From assembly GCF_018350175.1 (NCBI RefSeq), contig NC_058369.1, positions 248,001-312,000 on the forward strand: a stretch of 64,000 bases of DNA, given 5' to 3'. Position numbers and translations under genes: made by a program. This document shows positions 51,901-61,668 of this stretch, piece after piece. Every line of letters starts with the position of its first letter. Position 1 is the stretch's first letter. The notes beneath the pieces are model-generated. The model worked only from the letters and a program-made list of their open reading frames with translations, did not search any database and was not told the DNA's origin. Source of the stretch: Felis catus (lineage: Eukaryota).

Positions 51901-53731
51901 CTGTCGTGGTTTGGAACGTAGACCTGGGTGGGCAGAGTTCCCGTTCCAGCCCTCCCCAGCTGTGTGGCCCTGGGCACGTCCCAGCTGCCTTGGCTCCTGG
52001 ACAAGAGTGACCTCGCAGGGCTGAGGGCAGAGGCAGTGCCTGATGCCTGGGCTCCCAGAAGGTCCTCCCTGAGCACAGCCTGGCCCAGCCTGGGGGACTC
52101 TGGACCCGCCAGACTGGACTCTGGTTGCTTAGCAATGGGAAGGTGATCCATTTCCTTGGCGGCCAAGGGCTCGGATTCCTGTCTCGGGGGCAGTGGCCAG
52201 TGGGAAATACTCGGCTGGATCCCGTGCAACCAGGGCACGCCCCACCCTCCGGGCCTCCAGCCCAGAGTCGCCGCAAGGCCTTGAGGTGTGGACACCCGTC
52301 CCCCGGATTTGGAAACCGAAAGTAGAGAGCGCTTTCCTTCTGGCCAGAAACCGGGAACTGGAGCCCTGACCCTTGACCCCGGAGGAGGCAAGTCCCTAGG
52401 GTGTGTCCCCCCCCCCCCCACACACACACACTGAGGAAGGGCAGCTGTGTTTCCAGGAGTCTGCTGGGCTGGCGCCATGGTGTGGCGGGACCCCTCCCTG
52501 CCCTCGGGGACTGCTCCCTGACCTTGGGGACTCCAGCCCAGATCAGAGACACCAGTGTGGAGCTGGGGAGATCTGGAGAACGCCTTTAGGGAGATTGTAT
52601 GCACTCAGGTGTCTTCCTTTCAGACATGGGCGGGGGGGGGGGTACACACGAGGCTGGGGTATCTAGAGGGGTCAGTCTTCTTCCTCAGCGAGCGACGGAG
52701 TCCAGGGTGGTCAGGAGAGGGAGTGACCAGACTAAACTTTAACTCAGGGTCAACCACAGGGACCCAAGGAAGGAAGTCACGGTCCCTGAAACTCCTCATG
52801 GGAGGGAAACACACTTAGACCACTTAGACCGGTCGGGTCCAGCCCCGGCCGGCTGTGTGACCAAGGGCTGGCCACGTCCATGGTCTGAAGCGGCGTGGGA
52901 CCCAGTCGCCGGGAAACACTGCAGGATGCAAGCAGACAGAGGCCCCGTCCGCTGGATTCCAGTCTTTCCTGGTCTCCAACAGGTGCTTCTGTGCCTGTAC
53001 ATTTTCGTCTGTGCGCCAGTTTGAGGGGGGGCACGGACGGCCACAGGGAGCTTTCGATGCCCGTTGGTTTTAAATGCGTGGTCCGGTTTCGCATTCCTTT
53101 TTACCCTGGGGGGCGGCCCACAGCCCTGCCAGGCCTCCCCTCCTCCCAGAGAGAGCCAGCTTACTCTCCGTCTGTCTGTCTGTCTCTCCCACCCCTGCCA
53201 GTGGTCCACGCTGTGGACGGCACCGCGGAGAACGGGATCCACCCGCTGAGCTCCTCCGAGGTAGAGGAGCTCATCCACAAGGCCGACGAGGTCACGCTGA
53301 GCGAGGCGGGGTCCGTGGCGGGGGCGGCGGAGGCCCGGGGGGCGTCCAAGGAGGCGGCGCAGAGCACCCCGTCCAGGCGGGAGATCACCGGCGTGCAGGC
53401 CCAGCCGGGAGAGGCCACGTCGGGCCCGCCGGGCATCCAGCCCGGCCAGGAGCCCCCGGTCACCATGATCTTCATGGGCTACCAGAACGTGGAGGACGAG
53501 GCCGAGAGCCAGAAGGTGCTGGGGCTGCAGGGCACCATCACGGCCGAGCTGGTGGTCATCGAGGACGCCGCGGAGCTCAAGGAGCCCGCCCCGCCCAACG
53601 GCAGCGCGGCCGAGCCCCCCGCGGCCGGCGCCTCCCGGGAGGAGAACCAGGTGGGGCCCGAGGCCCCCGCCAGCGACCCCCAGGACCTGGACACGAAGAA
53701 GCAGCGTTGTAAATGCTGCTCTATCATGTGA
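30426..53731 (+). CDS. PALM: Paralemmin-1, join(30426..30430,40911..40962,41370..41450,42860..42987,44266..44389,45790..45811,46927..46986,49428..49559,53202..53731), 377 aa
   Basis: Exon lengths 5+52+81+128+124+22+60+132+530 = 1134 nt, GT-AG, frame continuous. MEVLAAETTSQQERLQAIAEKRR start, coiled coil, MYSVEITVEKDKVTGE, PVTMIFMGY and C-terminal KKQRCKCCSIM (palmitoylation/CaaX). Confidence 0.96.
34285..34491 (-). mobile_element. Can-SINE, feliform type
   Basis: Reverse complement ggggcgcctgggcggctcagtcggttaagcgtccgactcttgatctcggctcaggtcgtgatctc..., then (CT)n and an A-rich tail. Confidence 0.95.
34950..35345 (-). mobile_element. Old L1M 3'-end fragment
   Basis: aattcagtggttttcagtat...ttccagaacatt...ctggacgtttca...tttatccatcaatggacactgggttggttt resembles the antisense L1MB/ME 3' end (recalled). 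Confidence 0.7.
35346..35562 (-). mobile_element. Can-SINE nested in the L1 fragment, with target-site duplication ACACTGGGTTG (35335-35345 / 35564-35574)
   Basis: SINE head, (CT)n and A-rich tail, with a direct repeat visible on both flanks. Confidence 0.95.
38054..38087. promoter_or_regulatory. Two RFX X-box-like motifs in a CpG-rich patch of PALM intron 1
   Basis: GTTGCCATGGGGAC (38054-38067) and GTTGCCCGGGCGAC (38074-38087), each 2-3 mismatches from the palindrome GTTGCCATGGCAAC. Confidence 0.5.
39881..40125 (+). repeat. Minisatellite of CTGAGCACCTACT(A/G)T.. units (24/29/29 nt) forming an 82-bp higher-order repeat, about 3 copies
   Basis: Equivalent positions at 39912, 39994 and 40076. 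The core resembles the L2 3'-end motif TTGAGCACCTACTATGTG. Confidence 0.9.
40911..40962 (+). CDS. PALM: PALM exon 2
   Basis: ccccag|g ... gca|gtgagt; VLAAETTSQQERLQAIA. Confidence 0.95.
41370..41450 (+). CDS. PALM: PALM exon 3
   Basis: cgtcag|gag ... aag|gtcctg (weak donor); EKRRWQAEMESKRRQLEDDRRQLQHLK. Confidence 0.9.
41475..42782 (+). repeat. G-rich minisatellite (VNTR), about 33-34 units of about 39 bp (GACC(C/T)GGGCCTCGGCTGGTG(G)nC(A/C)GGGCCCCAG), filling most of PALM intron 3
   Basis: Units counted by eye from the recurring GACC(C/T)GGGCCT core. Confidence 0.97.
42860..42987 (+). CDS. PALM: PALM exon 4
   Basis: ccccag|tcc ... ccag|gtgggt; SKALRERWLLGETSS...LLEGSIS. Confidence 0.93.
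44266..44389 (+). CDS. PALM: PALM exon 5
   Basis: ccccag|g ... cag|gtgagg; RLQKEIEVLEN...LDSRQ. Confidence 0.93.
45790..45811 (+). CDS. PALM: PALM exon 6 (22-nt micro-exon)
   Basis: ttgcag|gccccggtgggcacgcccaaag|gtaggc; APVGTPK. Confidence 0.92.
46563..46870 (+). repeat. Degenerate ~10-bp GGGGGTGTCT-type tandem repeat
   Basis: Recurring (g)gggtgtct/gggtgtcc/gggtatct units just upstream of PALM exon 7. Confidence 0.85.
46927..46986 (+). CDS. PALM: PALM exon 7
   Basis: gaacag|ag ... gcag|gtgggt; EKGVSNTPVRTVEGSTMMKA. Confidence 0.93.
49428..49559 (+). CDS. PALM: PALM exon 8 (frame-symmetric, known alternatively spliced exon)
   Basis: tgccag|cc ... aaag|gtatgc; AMYSVEITVEKDKVTGETRVLSS...YEDETK; 132 nt, phase 1-1. 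Confidence 0.95.
50363..50572 (-). mobile_element. Can-SINE, feliform type
   Basis: Reverse complement of the SINE head (gggccgcctggccggctcagtcagttgagcg), with (CT)n and a tail. Confidence 0.9.
50950..51850 (-). mobile_element. Old L1M 3' fragment(s) interrupted by a SINE
   Basis: ccggaacattttc...ctggacgtttc...ctgaataatattccgttgt...gggtcacatggggactctgtgttttaccttt resembles the antisense L1M 3' end (recalled). Confidence 0.7.
51459..51686 (-). mobile_element. Can-SINE, feliform type, full length
   Basis: Reverse complement ggggcgcctgggggctctgtcggttgagcgtctgact...tctgtgctgatggctcagagcctggagcctgcttcagattctgtgtctccc. Confidence 0.95.
53202..53731 (+). CDS. PALM: PALM exon 9 coding part
   Basis: tgccag|tg; VVHAVDGTAENGIHPLSSSEV...CKCCSIM then TGA. 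Confidence 0.97.
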
Positions 53732-55169
53732 GCCCCCCGGCCCCCGCCCCCGCCCCGCCCTCCACCCACAGTCACCCACCGCCCGGCCCGGCGCCTGCCC
53801 GCCCTCCACCCACAGTCACGGGCCCCGGACACGCGGCTGTCACATGGTCCCGCCGAAGGTTCTTTCAATGGAAAGAGAGGGACGGGGGTCCCCCACCCCA
53901 TCGCCACCCCCGACACCCCTGAGCCACTGAGCCGTGCACCTGCGCCTGGTAGGAGAGCGACACGGACGGACCCACGTTTCCCGACGCGAAGGGCACCCCC
54001 CTCCCCCGCCCCCCCCCCCCCCCCACGACACGGCCGGGGTTTCGGTGCAGCCGCGGCCGTTGGCCAGCCGCCCTCTGGGCCTCCTGCCTGTGCCTTCCTG
54101 CCGCCTCCAATGAGGTCCCCGAGGGGACGTCCTGCCGGGTTAGGGCTCCTGGGGGCCCGCTCTGTCCCCGCTTAGCCCCTGGAAATGGGGTTTCCCGGCC
54201 GAAGCTGTGGCGTCCGTACCCAGGCCATTGGGGTGAGGCCATGCTTCTTTGGGGAGTCTGGGTCGGAGGTCAGGTTCAGGGTCCTGGAAAGAAGCCAGGC
54301 CCCGCTCTCTGGATACCCCCAGCCTGGTGTGCCCCTCCCCCCAGGCTCTCTCTGGGGTGGCCGGGGGTGAGAGGGGCGGCATGCTGGAGCCTGGGAAGGG
54401 AGAGCCCCAGGGACACGCCCCCGTGGGGGATGGGTCCGGGACCCCTGCGCTGTCCCCCTGCCACGGGGCCCAGGGCCACGCGAGCCGCTTCTTGTCCTGA
54501 GCTCCCACTCCCACTGGGCCCTTCTTCCTCCTGGTGCTAATTTGGGGACCCTGGGGGGCTGCCCGGGACCTGCTTGGACCAGGGTGCTGGGCCCCTCCAA
54601 CCATACCCCAGAGATCAGGCCACTGCCACTCCAGCGGGCTTGGCACATTTCCGGCAGTGGTGGGGAGCACGAAGCCTGGGGCGCGGGGGGGGGGGCTTCC
54701 TCCGCAGGAGACCCCCATCTGCCGCCCCGCCCGATGCGAGCCTGTCCCCTTCCCGCCGGGAGGGGGGCGGGGACAGGGGTTGCGCTCCTGGGGGCAGCCG
54801 ACACCTGGATGTGCACACACATCTCCCCAGTTGCAGCCACGCTCGCCCCAGAGGCGCGTTCGTGCACACGCTCGCAGACCCTCCCGTGTGGGCTGTGGGC
54901 TGTGAGGCCCCGTCTCAGCTCCTCCCCTAGGGGCCTCCCACCCGGTGCCCGGGGCGGGCGCAAGGGTCGCCTCTGGTCGCAGCCCGGACCCCGACTCAGC
55001 TCTGCCCCTTGGTGGCAGGGGGAGAGGCCCCCTGCGAGGTGACCCTGGGCAGTGGCCGTGGGACCCCCTCTTCCTCCTTGAGTCCTCGAGCTGTGAGCCT
55101 CCGCTGAAGTGCCCCTCTGCTTTTGATGTGTGACAAGGCCTTGTTGTTCTTGACTTTCCCAGAGAAGCA

Positions 55170-55175
55170 AATAAA
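55170..55175 (+). terminator. PALM poly(A) signal AATAAA
   Basis: First AATAAA I see after the PALM stop, about 1.44 kb downstream. Confidence 0.75.
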
Positions 55176-55280
55176 CAGTGTGAACAGCCCCAGGCCCTGG
55201 CGTCCTTGGCTTTCACAGGGCAGGAGGGGGGGGGGGGGAGGGTGTGGCCAGGTGGGCGTGGCCCCACCAGGGCAGCCGGG

Positions 55281-55399
55281 CCATAAAAGGAGGCCGGAAG
55301 GAGGGAGCAGGCTTCTGCACCGCAGCCCCGGGCTCCCTTGGGCTCACCCCGGTGCCCAGTGCCCACCGCACCTGCACCCACGTGAGCGGCACCTGGCAG
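55281..55399 (+). promoter_or_regulatory. Candidate MISP upstream promoter and non-coding first exon
   Basis: CCATAAAAGG (TATA-like and perfect CArG) at 55281-55290, then an ATG-free segment and a strong donor cag|gtaagg at 55399/55400. Confidence 0.4.
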
Positions 55400-57839
55400 G
55401 TAAGGCCTGGAGGTAAGGGGGCAGCCGGTGGTGGCAGGACTTGCTTCCTGCTAACTGTGGAGTCCTCTGGTTCTATGGCCCGTGCTGGGCCCCCAAGCTC
55501 TGCAGAGAAACTGGTCCCCGGGAGCGGGGCAGGGGGACGGTGGGACGTGTTTACAGAGGCTGCCACCCCGCACTTCTGTCTCACTAGGCGAACTTGGAAG
55601 TTGCTGCCTCCCCTGGGCCTCAGTTTGCCTATCTATACAATGGGCTTTATGAACTCTGAGTGGGAGGCCTCCTCAGTCTGGGAGCAGGGCAGTTGGGTCC
55701 TTGTCTCCAGTGCCCCAACATGCTGGGTGATCCAGTCTCTGCCCTTTTTGGGCCTCACTTGCCCAGTATGAGCAGCATACGATGGTGGGGGGGGGGACTC
55801 AGGTTCGAGTCCCACACTGACCCTCCTCCCTTAGGCAGGATCGGAAGAACCCGGTGGTCCCTACAGCCAGGCGAGAGGCAGTCAGGACAGACCCCCCAGA
55901 GCAGGGGATTAAAGCCCCGTCCACTGTGTCCCTGCCCTGTAGACTGACCGCCAGGCCGATAGGTCCAGGCCCACAGAGACGCCGGGGTCCCGCGGCCCCG
56001 GCAAGTTCCTTGCACCTTGGCCGAGAATCAGGCTGGATGACTGAGCGCCCGGCAGGCCCCGCTGCCCATGCTGAGCCTTGGGGCCCCCATCCGTCAGGGG
56101 GGCCTGGGCCTTGCCCACCCTGCCAATGTTTTCCGGCACTCTGGGTCCTTCATGTAGAAATGGCCGGGGCATCCTCCCTGCTCTGTGACGTATGCCCATT
56201 TCAGAGGAGGGGACAGGCTCAGAGAGGCTAAGTGGAATCTGAACCCCGGCCCAGCGAAACCCCCCGCAGAGGCTAGCAGGCTGGGTGAGCCCCAGAAAGG
56301 GGCTCTCTGGGGTAGGAGCCCCAAAGGGTGTTCTGAGCCTGGAGCATGGGGTGGGGGCTGGCCCAGGACCTACTGCGTGACTCTGGGCGTGGTGCCCCCT
56401 CTCTGGGGTGCCGGAGGGCCTGAGAGCAGCTGGAAGGTGCTTTCCAGTGAGTCCCGGCTCCGCGGGGCTGGAGGCCTGGGGGCCGGGGGCCGGCAGGCAG
56501 TGGGCGTGGCGCCGGCCGTCCTCCCTGCCTGGGTATCGTCTTTCTCCCTCCTCCTCTGGACTTTGTTTCCCGGGCCCGGGTGGGGCCGGGGGGGAGGGGG
56601 TGCCCCTGCTTCCCCAGGCGGGGCCCTGTCCCCTGGCAACCCGTGGGCAGGGCATCGGGATTCCGGTCTCTGTCCTGTCGACAGCACCAGAGCCAGGCCC
56701 AGAGGCTGCGAGGGCCCAGGGGCAGCATGTGAGTCGGGACCCGGCGTGGGGGCAGGGTGGGGGTCCCGTGTAGACTGGGCTTTGTGTCTGGGACGGGCGT
56801 TCACGCGTCAGTCCGTAGCCTGTGCTCACCTGTGGGATCCGCGGGGCGCAGGGAGGGAGGTGCCTCAGTCCCCCCCCACCCCGCCCCGGGCCCAGCTGGG
56901 GTTCAGGGTCTGGTGGGGGCATGTGGGGGTATGGGGGGTGGCCCTGTGAGGGGGCTGGCTGGGAACCCGTGCGGCTGGGGCGGAGTCTGGGTGTCTCAAG
57001 GTGTTGGGGCGTCTGCCCAGCCAGGGCCCCGGGAGGACCCTCCTTGCTGGGTGACCTTGCTCTGAGCCTTAGCTCTTCCAACGGGCCTTTGCCCGAGGGC
57101 AGGAGGCCAGTGCCAAGGAAGCAGATGTGTGGCACCAGGGGCCATAAACCCAGTTTCAGTCTGGTATCCACGTGATACGGGGTGGGGCTGGGAGGGGCAA
57201 TGGGGGAGGGGGGCTTCCTGGGAGAGGAGGCGGCTGCCTGGGAATGCAGGCTCCGGCCTCGGGACCTGCTGCTCTGCGGCCCGGCTGTGTGGTCTCGGGT
57301 GAACAGCCTGCCCTCTCTGGGCCTCGGTTCCCTCTGCTGTTGACTGGGGACAAGAACGGCCCCCTCGCCGCGGGCTCTTACGAGGAGCAAATGAGACGCT
57401 GCTGTGGGGCGCTGTGTGCGAGGGGCCACGGGAGACACGGGAGGCTCTGTGATCGCTACACCCCTCATTCGTGCGGAGCCTCCGAGGCGCCGAAAAGGCT
57501 GACCCCCTGGGCTCTACCCCTTCGGGCCCCATGTGGGGGCCTCATCGGCCCGGCTTGCAGACGGGGACACTGAGGTGCCACAAGAGAGGACGCCTGCCCC
57601 GGGGTCACCCCGAGAGCAGTGGTGGGTCCAGCCAGCATTTAAAGACTATTAGCAGCCACCGTGAGAGCATGTATCTGGTGCCTACTGTATACTGGCTACA
57701 TGGCAGACTTCCAGGGTGGACCCAAGTCCCGCGGACTCTACCTCCGGTCCGGGTGTGGACACTGAGGCCGGAGGTACCGGCCGGCGGGGCCCCGGGGCCT
57801 TGAGCCCAAGACCCAGCCTGAGCCCCGCCCACTGGCCTC

Positions 57840-57965
57840 CGTGACTCACCCAAGAGGAATGGGCCAAGGAGGAAGCAGGGCCCCCACCCAGGCCCACTGA
57901 CAGCCTCTGGGCAGGTCCCCCCACCGCCTCCCCGGGGTTAATGTCCTAAGTGGCCTATAAATCCT
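57840..57965 (+). promoter_or_regulatory. Second candidate MISP promoter (AP-1 TGACTCA 57842-57848; TATA-like CTATAAAT near 57954)
   Basis: Motif matches only; I could not fix a first-exon donor with confidence. Confidence 0.3.
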
Positions 57966-59954
57966 GCTGGGTGTTCGTCCACCTGCCCACTCGGCAAACA
58001 CTCCTTCATCGCCGTTCGCGCACACCTGCCTCCCCCCCCTTCCCGGGGAGCTCCAGGGCGTGGTGGGGACAGGCCCGCCCAGCCCTCAGGGTCAGCACCG
58101 GGCTGGCGCCGGAGGGGGGGCCTGGAGGCACAGCCAGGTCTGTGGCAGAAGTGACCCTGACCTCCAGGTCCTGGGCGCCCGGAACGAGCAGCGTTTGCAG
58201 AAAACTTGCCACTCTTTATCACCTCCCTGCTGTATACTGCGCTCTGGCTGCAGGAGGGGGTGCTCATCTGGGCCCTCCGGGAAGAGAGGCTCCTGGGCTG
58301 AGGGCTTCCAGGGGCAGAAGACGAGACTCAAGGACGTAGCCACCTCGTGACTTTCGGGAGGGCATCTCCCCGGGGGCTGTGTGGTCCCGGGCAGTGGCGT
58401 GGCCCGCGGGCTGGGATTTACTACCCAGGCTTGCTTGTCTTTACCTGTTGCCTTTCTAATTATAGTCTCAGTATTGGATACATACGGACGCCTGCTTAGT
58501 ACACGTTAGTTAGAACATGGTTCCCATGGTCGACTTTATGTTGCCTGACCCCACCTCTCCAGCTCAGGGCGGGGCTGCGTTTTCCTCTTTAGAAGGGCAG
58601 CTTTCACCAGCAAGGTGGCCCCAACGCGGCAGGTTCTGATAGAACTGGGAGATGGGAAAAGGACAAGGGCTGCTTGAAGACCTGGGAACGGCCAGTTCCT
58701 TTCCTCAGCCGTAAAAAGGTGAAGCCTAAACTGGGTGCTGGGCCAAGCAGCGGGAGATGCCCGGACAACAGGCTCCAAGAGCAGGGGCAATCTGGGGGTG
58801 GGGGTGGGGGGCTCCCTGGAGGAGGTGTCTTGTGGGCTGCAGCTAGGAAGGCTGTGCAGCAGCACAAATGCAGAGGAAGCTGCGGGAGGAGGAGGAAGAG
58901 GGTCAGGTTTGGGGTAGGGACCCCTGCGAAGTCTGGGTTTTGTGCGGAGGTCAGACGGAGGCCCTGGAGAGCAGGTGCGTGCCTTCATAGGAGGGGGTTC
59001 CCAGAGCTGTGCTCAGCAGAACCCCGAGGCTTGGAGAGGTGCCAGGGCCCCCTGGGGCACTGGATCAGGGTGTGGCCAGAGGCTCCGTGGCCTCACCTGG
59101 CCCCGCAGGACAAGGTCCAAGGCGTTCCCTAGCCCGTCCTAGCTTTATGGCACCGAGGCAGGGGACTGTCCGGGATGGGACCAAGTGTCCCTCTAGGCAG
59201 GTATAGGGGAGGGAACCAGGAGACCGGAGTCCCTGCCAGCCATCCTCCCTCTCTGAGCCTTAGTTTCCCCACTTGACATCCCTTAGTGAGGGGCAGGCCC
59301 GCTGATGAAAGAAATCTTACAAGAGGAACCTCAGAATGTGTTGCACCCTGGGAGACAGGCAGGTGCGCTCGTGCACACGGGGGCCCAGGGAGGCTGCCTG
59401 GGGATGGCCTTGGGTCTGGCCACGTGAGCTGGGTGGGAGAGGGCAGTAGCAGGAGTCCGGGAGACGAACGGGCAGGGGCACCAGAACATGTCAGACGCTC
59501 ACGGGGCAAGCTGTTGAGAGAGTCAGTACGGGAGTGAGCCACAGGTGCGGCTGGATCCAGGAGTTCACACAGCATTTTTTAAGGACGCCTGTTGGCGTCA
59601 GTGCTGCCCTCAAGCAGGCTGTGTCCGTGAGGGCACACGTGCGGCCCCCAGCCGTTTGCTGGGTAACAAGCCCGGGGGGCGGAGGGCTCCGATTTTCCAG
59701 GGTAATCGCAAGGTCTCAGGACCAGAATTTCACGTCATTGGCAGGCTGGGTCACGCGTCCATCCCCGAAGTGATCATAGAGGCCCTTTGGCCAGGACTTT
59801 GGCCTTCGAGGGAAAGGAAATCGCACCTGTCCCCAAGAGAGCGGCCGGGGGCTGTGTCCCGGTCCCTGACGTGTTGGCCGTTGTTCCCTTCTCCTCCCCC
59901 AGTGAGCCCGGAGCACCTGCGCCCGGAGCCGTGGGCAGCTGAGTCCCCCAGGCC

Positions 59955-61668
59955 ATGGACCGAGTGACCAGATACCCCATCTTCGGCATCCCTCACTCGC
60001 CCCGTGTGGGTGGCCTGGGCCTGGAGGAGGGCACCGGCCACACGTTTGAGCTGGTGGACGTGGGGCCTGCGGCCAGCGGCTGGGACCAGAACAAGCCACG
60101 GGCCCTGCCTGCTGACCGAGAGGCCGGGCCGAATGCAGCCGGGCCGAAGGCGTCCCGGAGCCCATGTGCCCTCCTGGACCGGCCAGCCCCGTGGAGGCTC
60201 GGCCGGGAGGGTGACGACAAAGAGGAGGCGAAGGCCTGCCGTCGGCACCCGAGGGACGCCCAGCCCACGCGGCCACGGAGCCTGGAACGGGAGCACCAGG
60301 CAGTCATCCAGGGCCAGGCACTCAGGAAGGGCAGCACGGCGGCCACGCTCCAGGGCAGGCCTGCCCACGGGGACCCCGGGAGCCCCGGCCAGGCTCAGTC
60401 TGGGCCCCCGGAGGAGCACGCGGTCGACAGGGAGCAGATCAACTTCCTGGCGGCCAGACGGCAGTTCTTGAGTCTGGAGCAGGCCGGTGCAGCGGCCGCC
60501 CAGAACCTTCCAGCTAGGGCGGCCCCTGCGTGCGCCCCGCCTGCCGTGGGTCAGGCCTCCACGGCCTCGGGCGGGCTGCCCCCGGCCAGCGGGTGTGCCG
60601 TCCCCCCGAAGCCCCAGGGGAGGGACGCGGTCTCGGGAGAGAAGGGGGGCGCCGGCGGCCTCCCCGCTGCCCCTGGTGCCCGGGCTGTGGGCGGCCGTGG
60701 CTCCCGGTCCCGAGTGGGGTCCCCGGAGCCCCCCGGGGAGACGCCCATCGAGCGGGAGATCCGGCGGGCCCAGGAGCGGGAGGCAGACCTGCGAAAGCAG
60801 AGAGGCCTACGGCAGGCGGCCAGCCAGCAGGAGATGGTAGAGATACCCACCAGGCCACTGCTGACCAAGGTCGGCCTGGCCTCGGCCCCGCGGCGGGACA
60901 GGGGGCGCCCGTCACTCTACGTGCAGCGGGATTTGGTGCAGGAGACCCAGCGGGAGGAGGACCACCGGCGGGAGGGCCTGAAGCTGGGCGAGCCGTCCAC
61001 GCCTGCCGGGGCGGCCCTGGGTCCCCAGCCGGGACTCAGGAAAGCCCTCAGCTCAGACTCCATCCTCGGCCTGGCCCGGGAAGACGGGCCGGCCTGCCCT
61101 GCTCCCGCGGTGAGGAAGGAGGACCGCGGCATCCCGGCCGACGCCCTCCAGCCGCACCTGCGCCCCGGGAGCCCCCGGCTGGCGTGCCCAGCCCTCCACG
61201 CGTCCGGCAGGCCTGGGGGTCTCTCTGCGGCCGAGGCCGAGGCTGTGGGCTCTCCACAGGCCACAGGCTCTCCGTGGCGTCTCTCGGAATCCTCTGGAAA
61301 ACCGGCAGGCGCAAAGCCGCAGTGCCCCAAGCCCCGCGAGGGGCCCCCGCCGGCCAAGAGAGGGGTCATCCGACAGGAGCATTTCTGCCTGCGGCCCCTG
61401 CGGTTCAGGGTCCCAGACGGGCCCCTGCAGGCCGCGGCCCCCCGCGTCCCAGGCTGGGAGGGCGCGGGGATCCTGGCGTCGACGCTGCAGAGGTCCCAGT
61501 CGTCCGAACTGCTGGAGAAGGAGGTGGAGAGCGTCCTGCAGCGCGAGCGGGAGGTGGCCGAGGAGCGGAGGCAGGCCCTCTTTCCTGAGGTCTTCTCCCC
61601 GCCGCCCAATGCCGACGCCACCGACGACGACGAGCCCGACGGCTCCAGGAGCTCCTCCGCGGCTTCCG
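59955..61668 (+). CDS. MISP: MISP large first coding exon
   Basis: gccATGg start; donor ttccg|gtgagg after SRSSSAAS. Confidence 0.95.

Noticed and set aside
54140-57468. 332-519 aa minus-strand ORFs in the PALM 3'UTR and the intergenic region
   Set aside because: No recognisable domain, splice structure or start context. Expected in sequence this GC-rich.
58092-58110. REST/RE1-like site TCAGCACCGGGCTGGCGCC
   Set aside because: The left half matches, but the right half lacks the GGACAG core and the spacing is off.
59903-59957. In-frame PALM-MISP fusion protein analogous to PALM2-AKAP2
   Set aside because: In the MISP frame a TGA at 59940-59942 precedes the ATG, blocking phase-2 PALM donors (exons 1 and 4). 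Phase-1 donors (exons 6-8) read VSPEHLRPEPWAAESPRPWTE and stop at 59967. Phase-0 donors meet TGA immediately. No fusion protein is possible through this acceptor.
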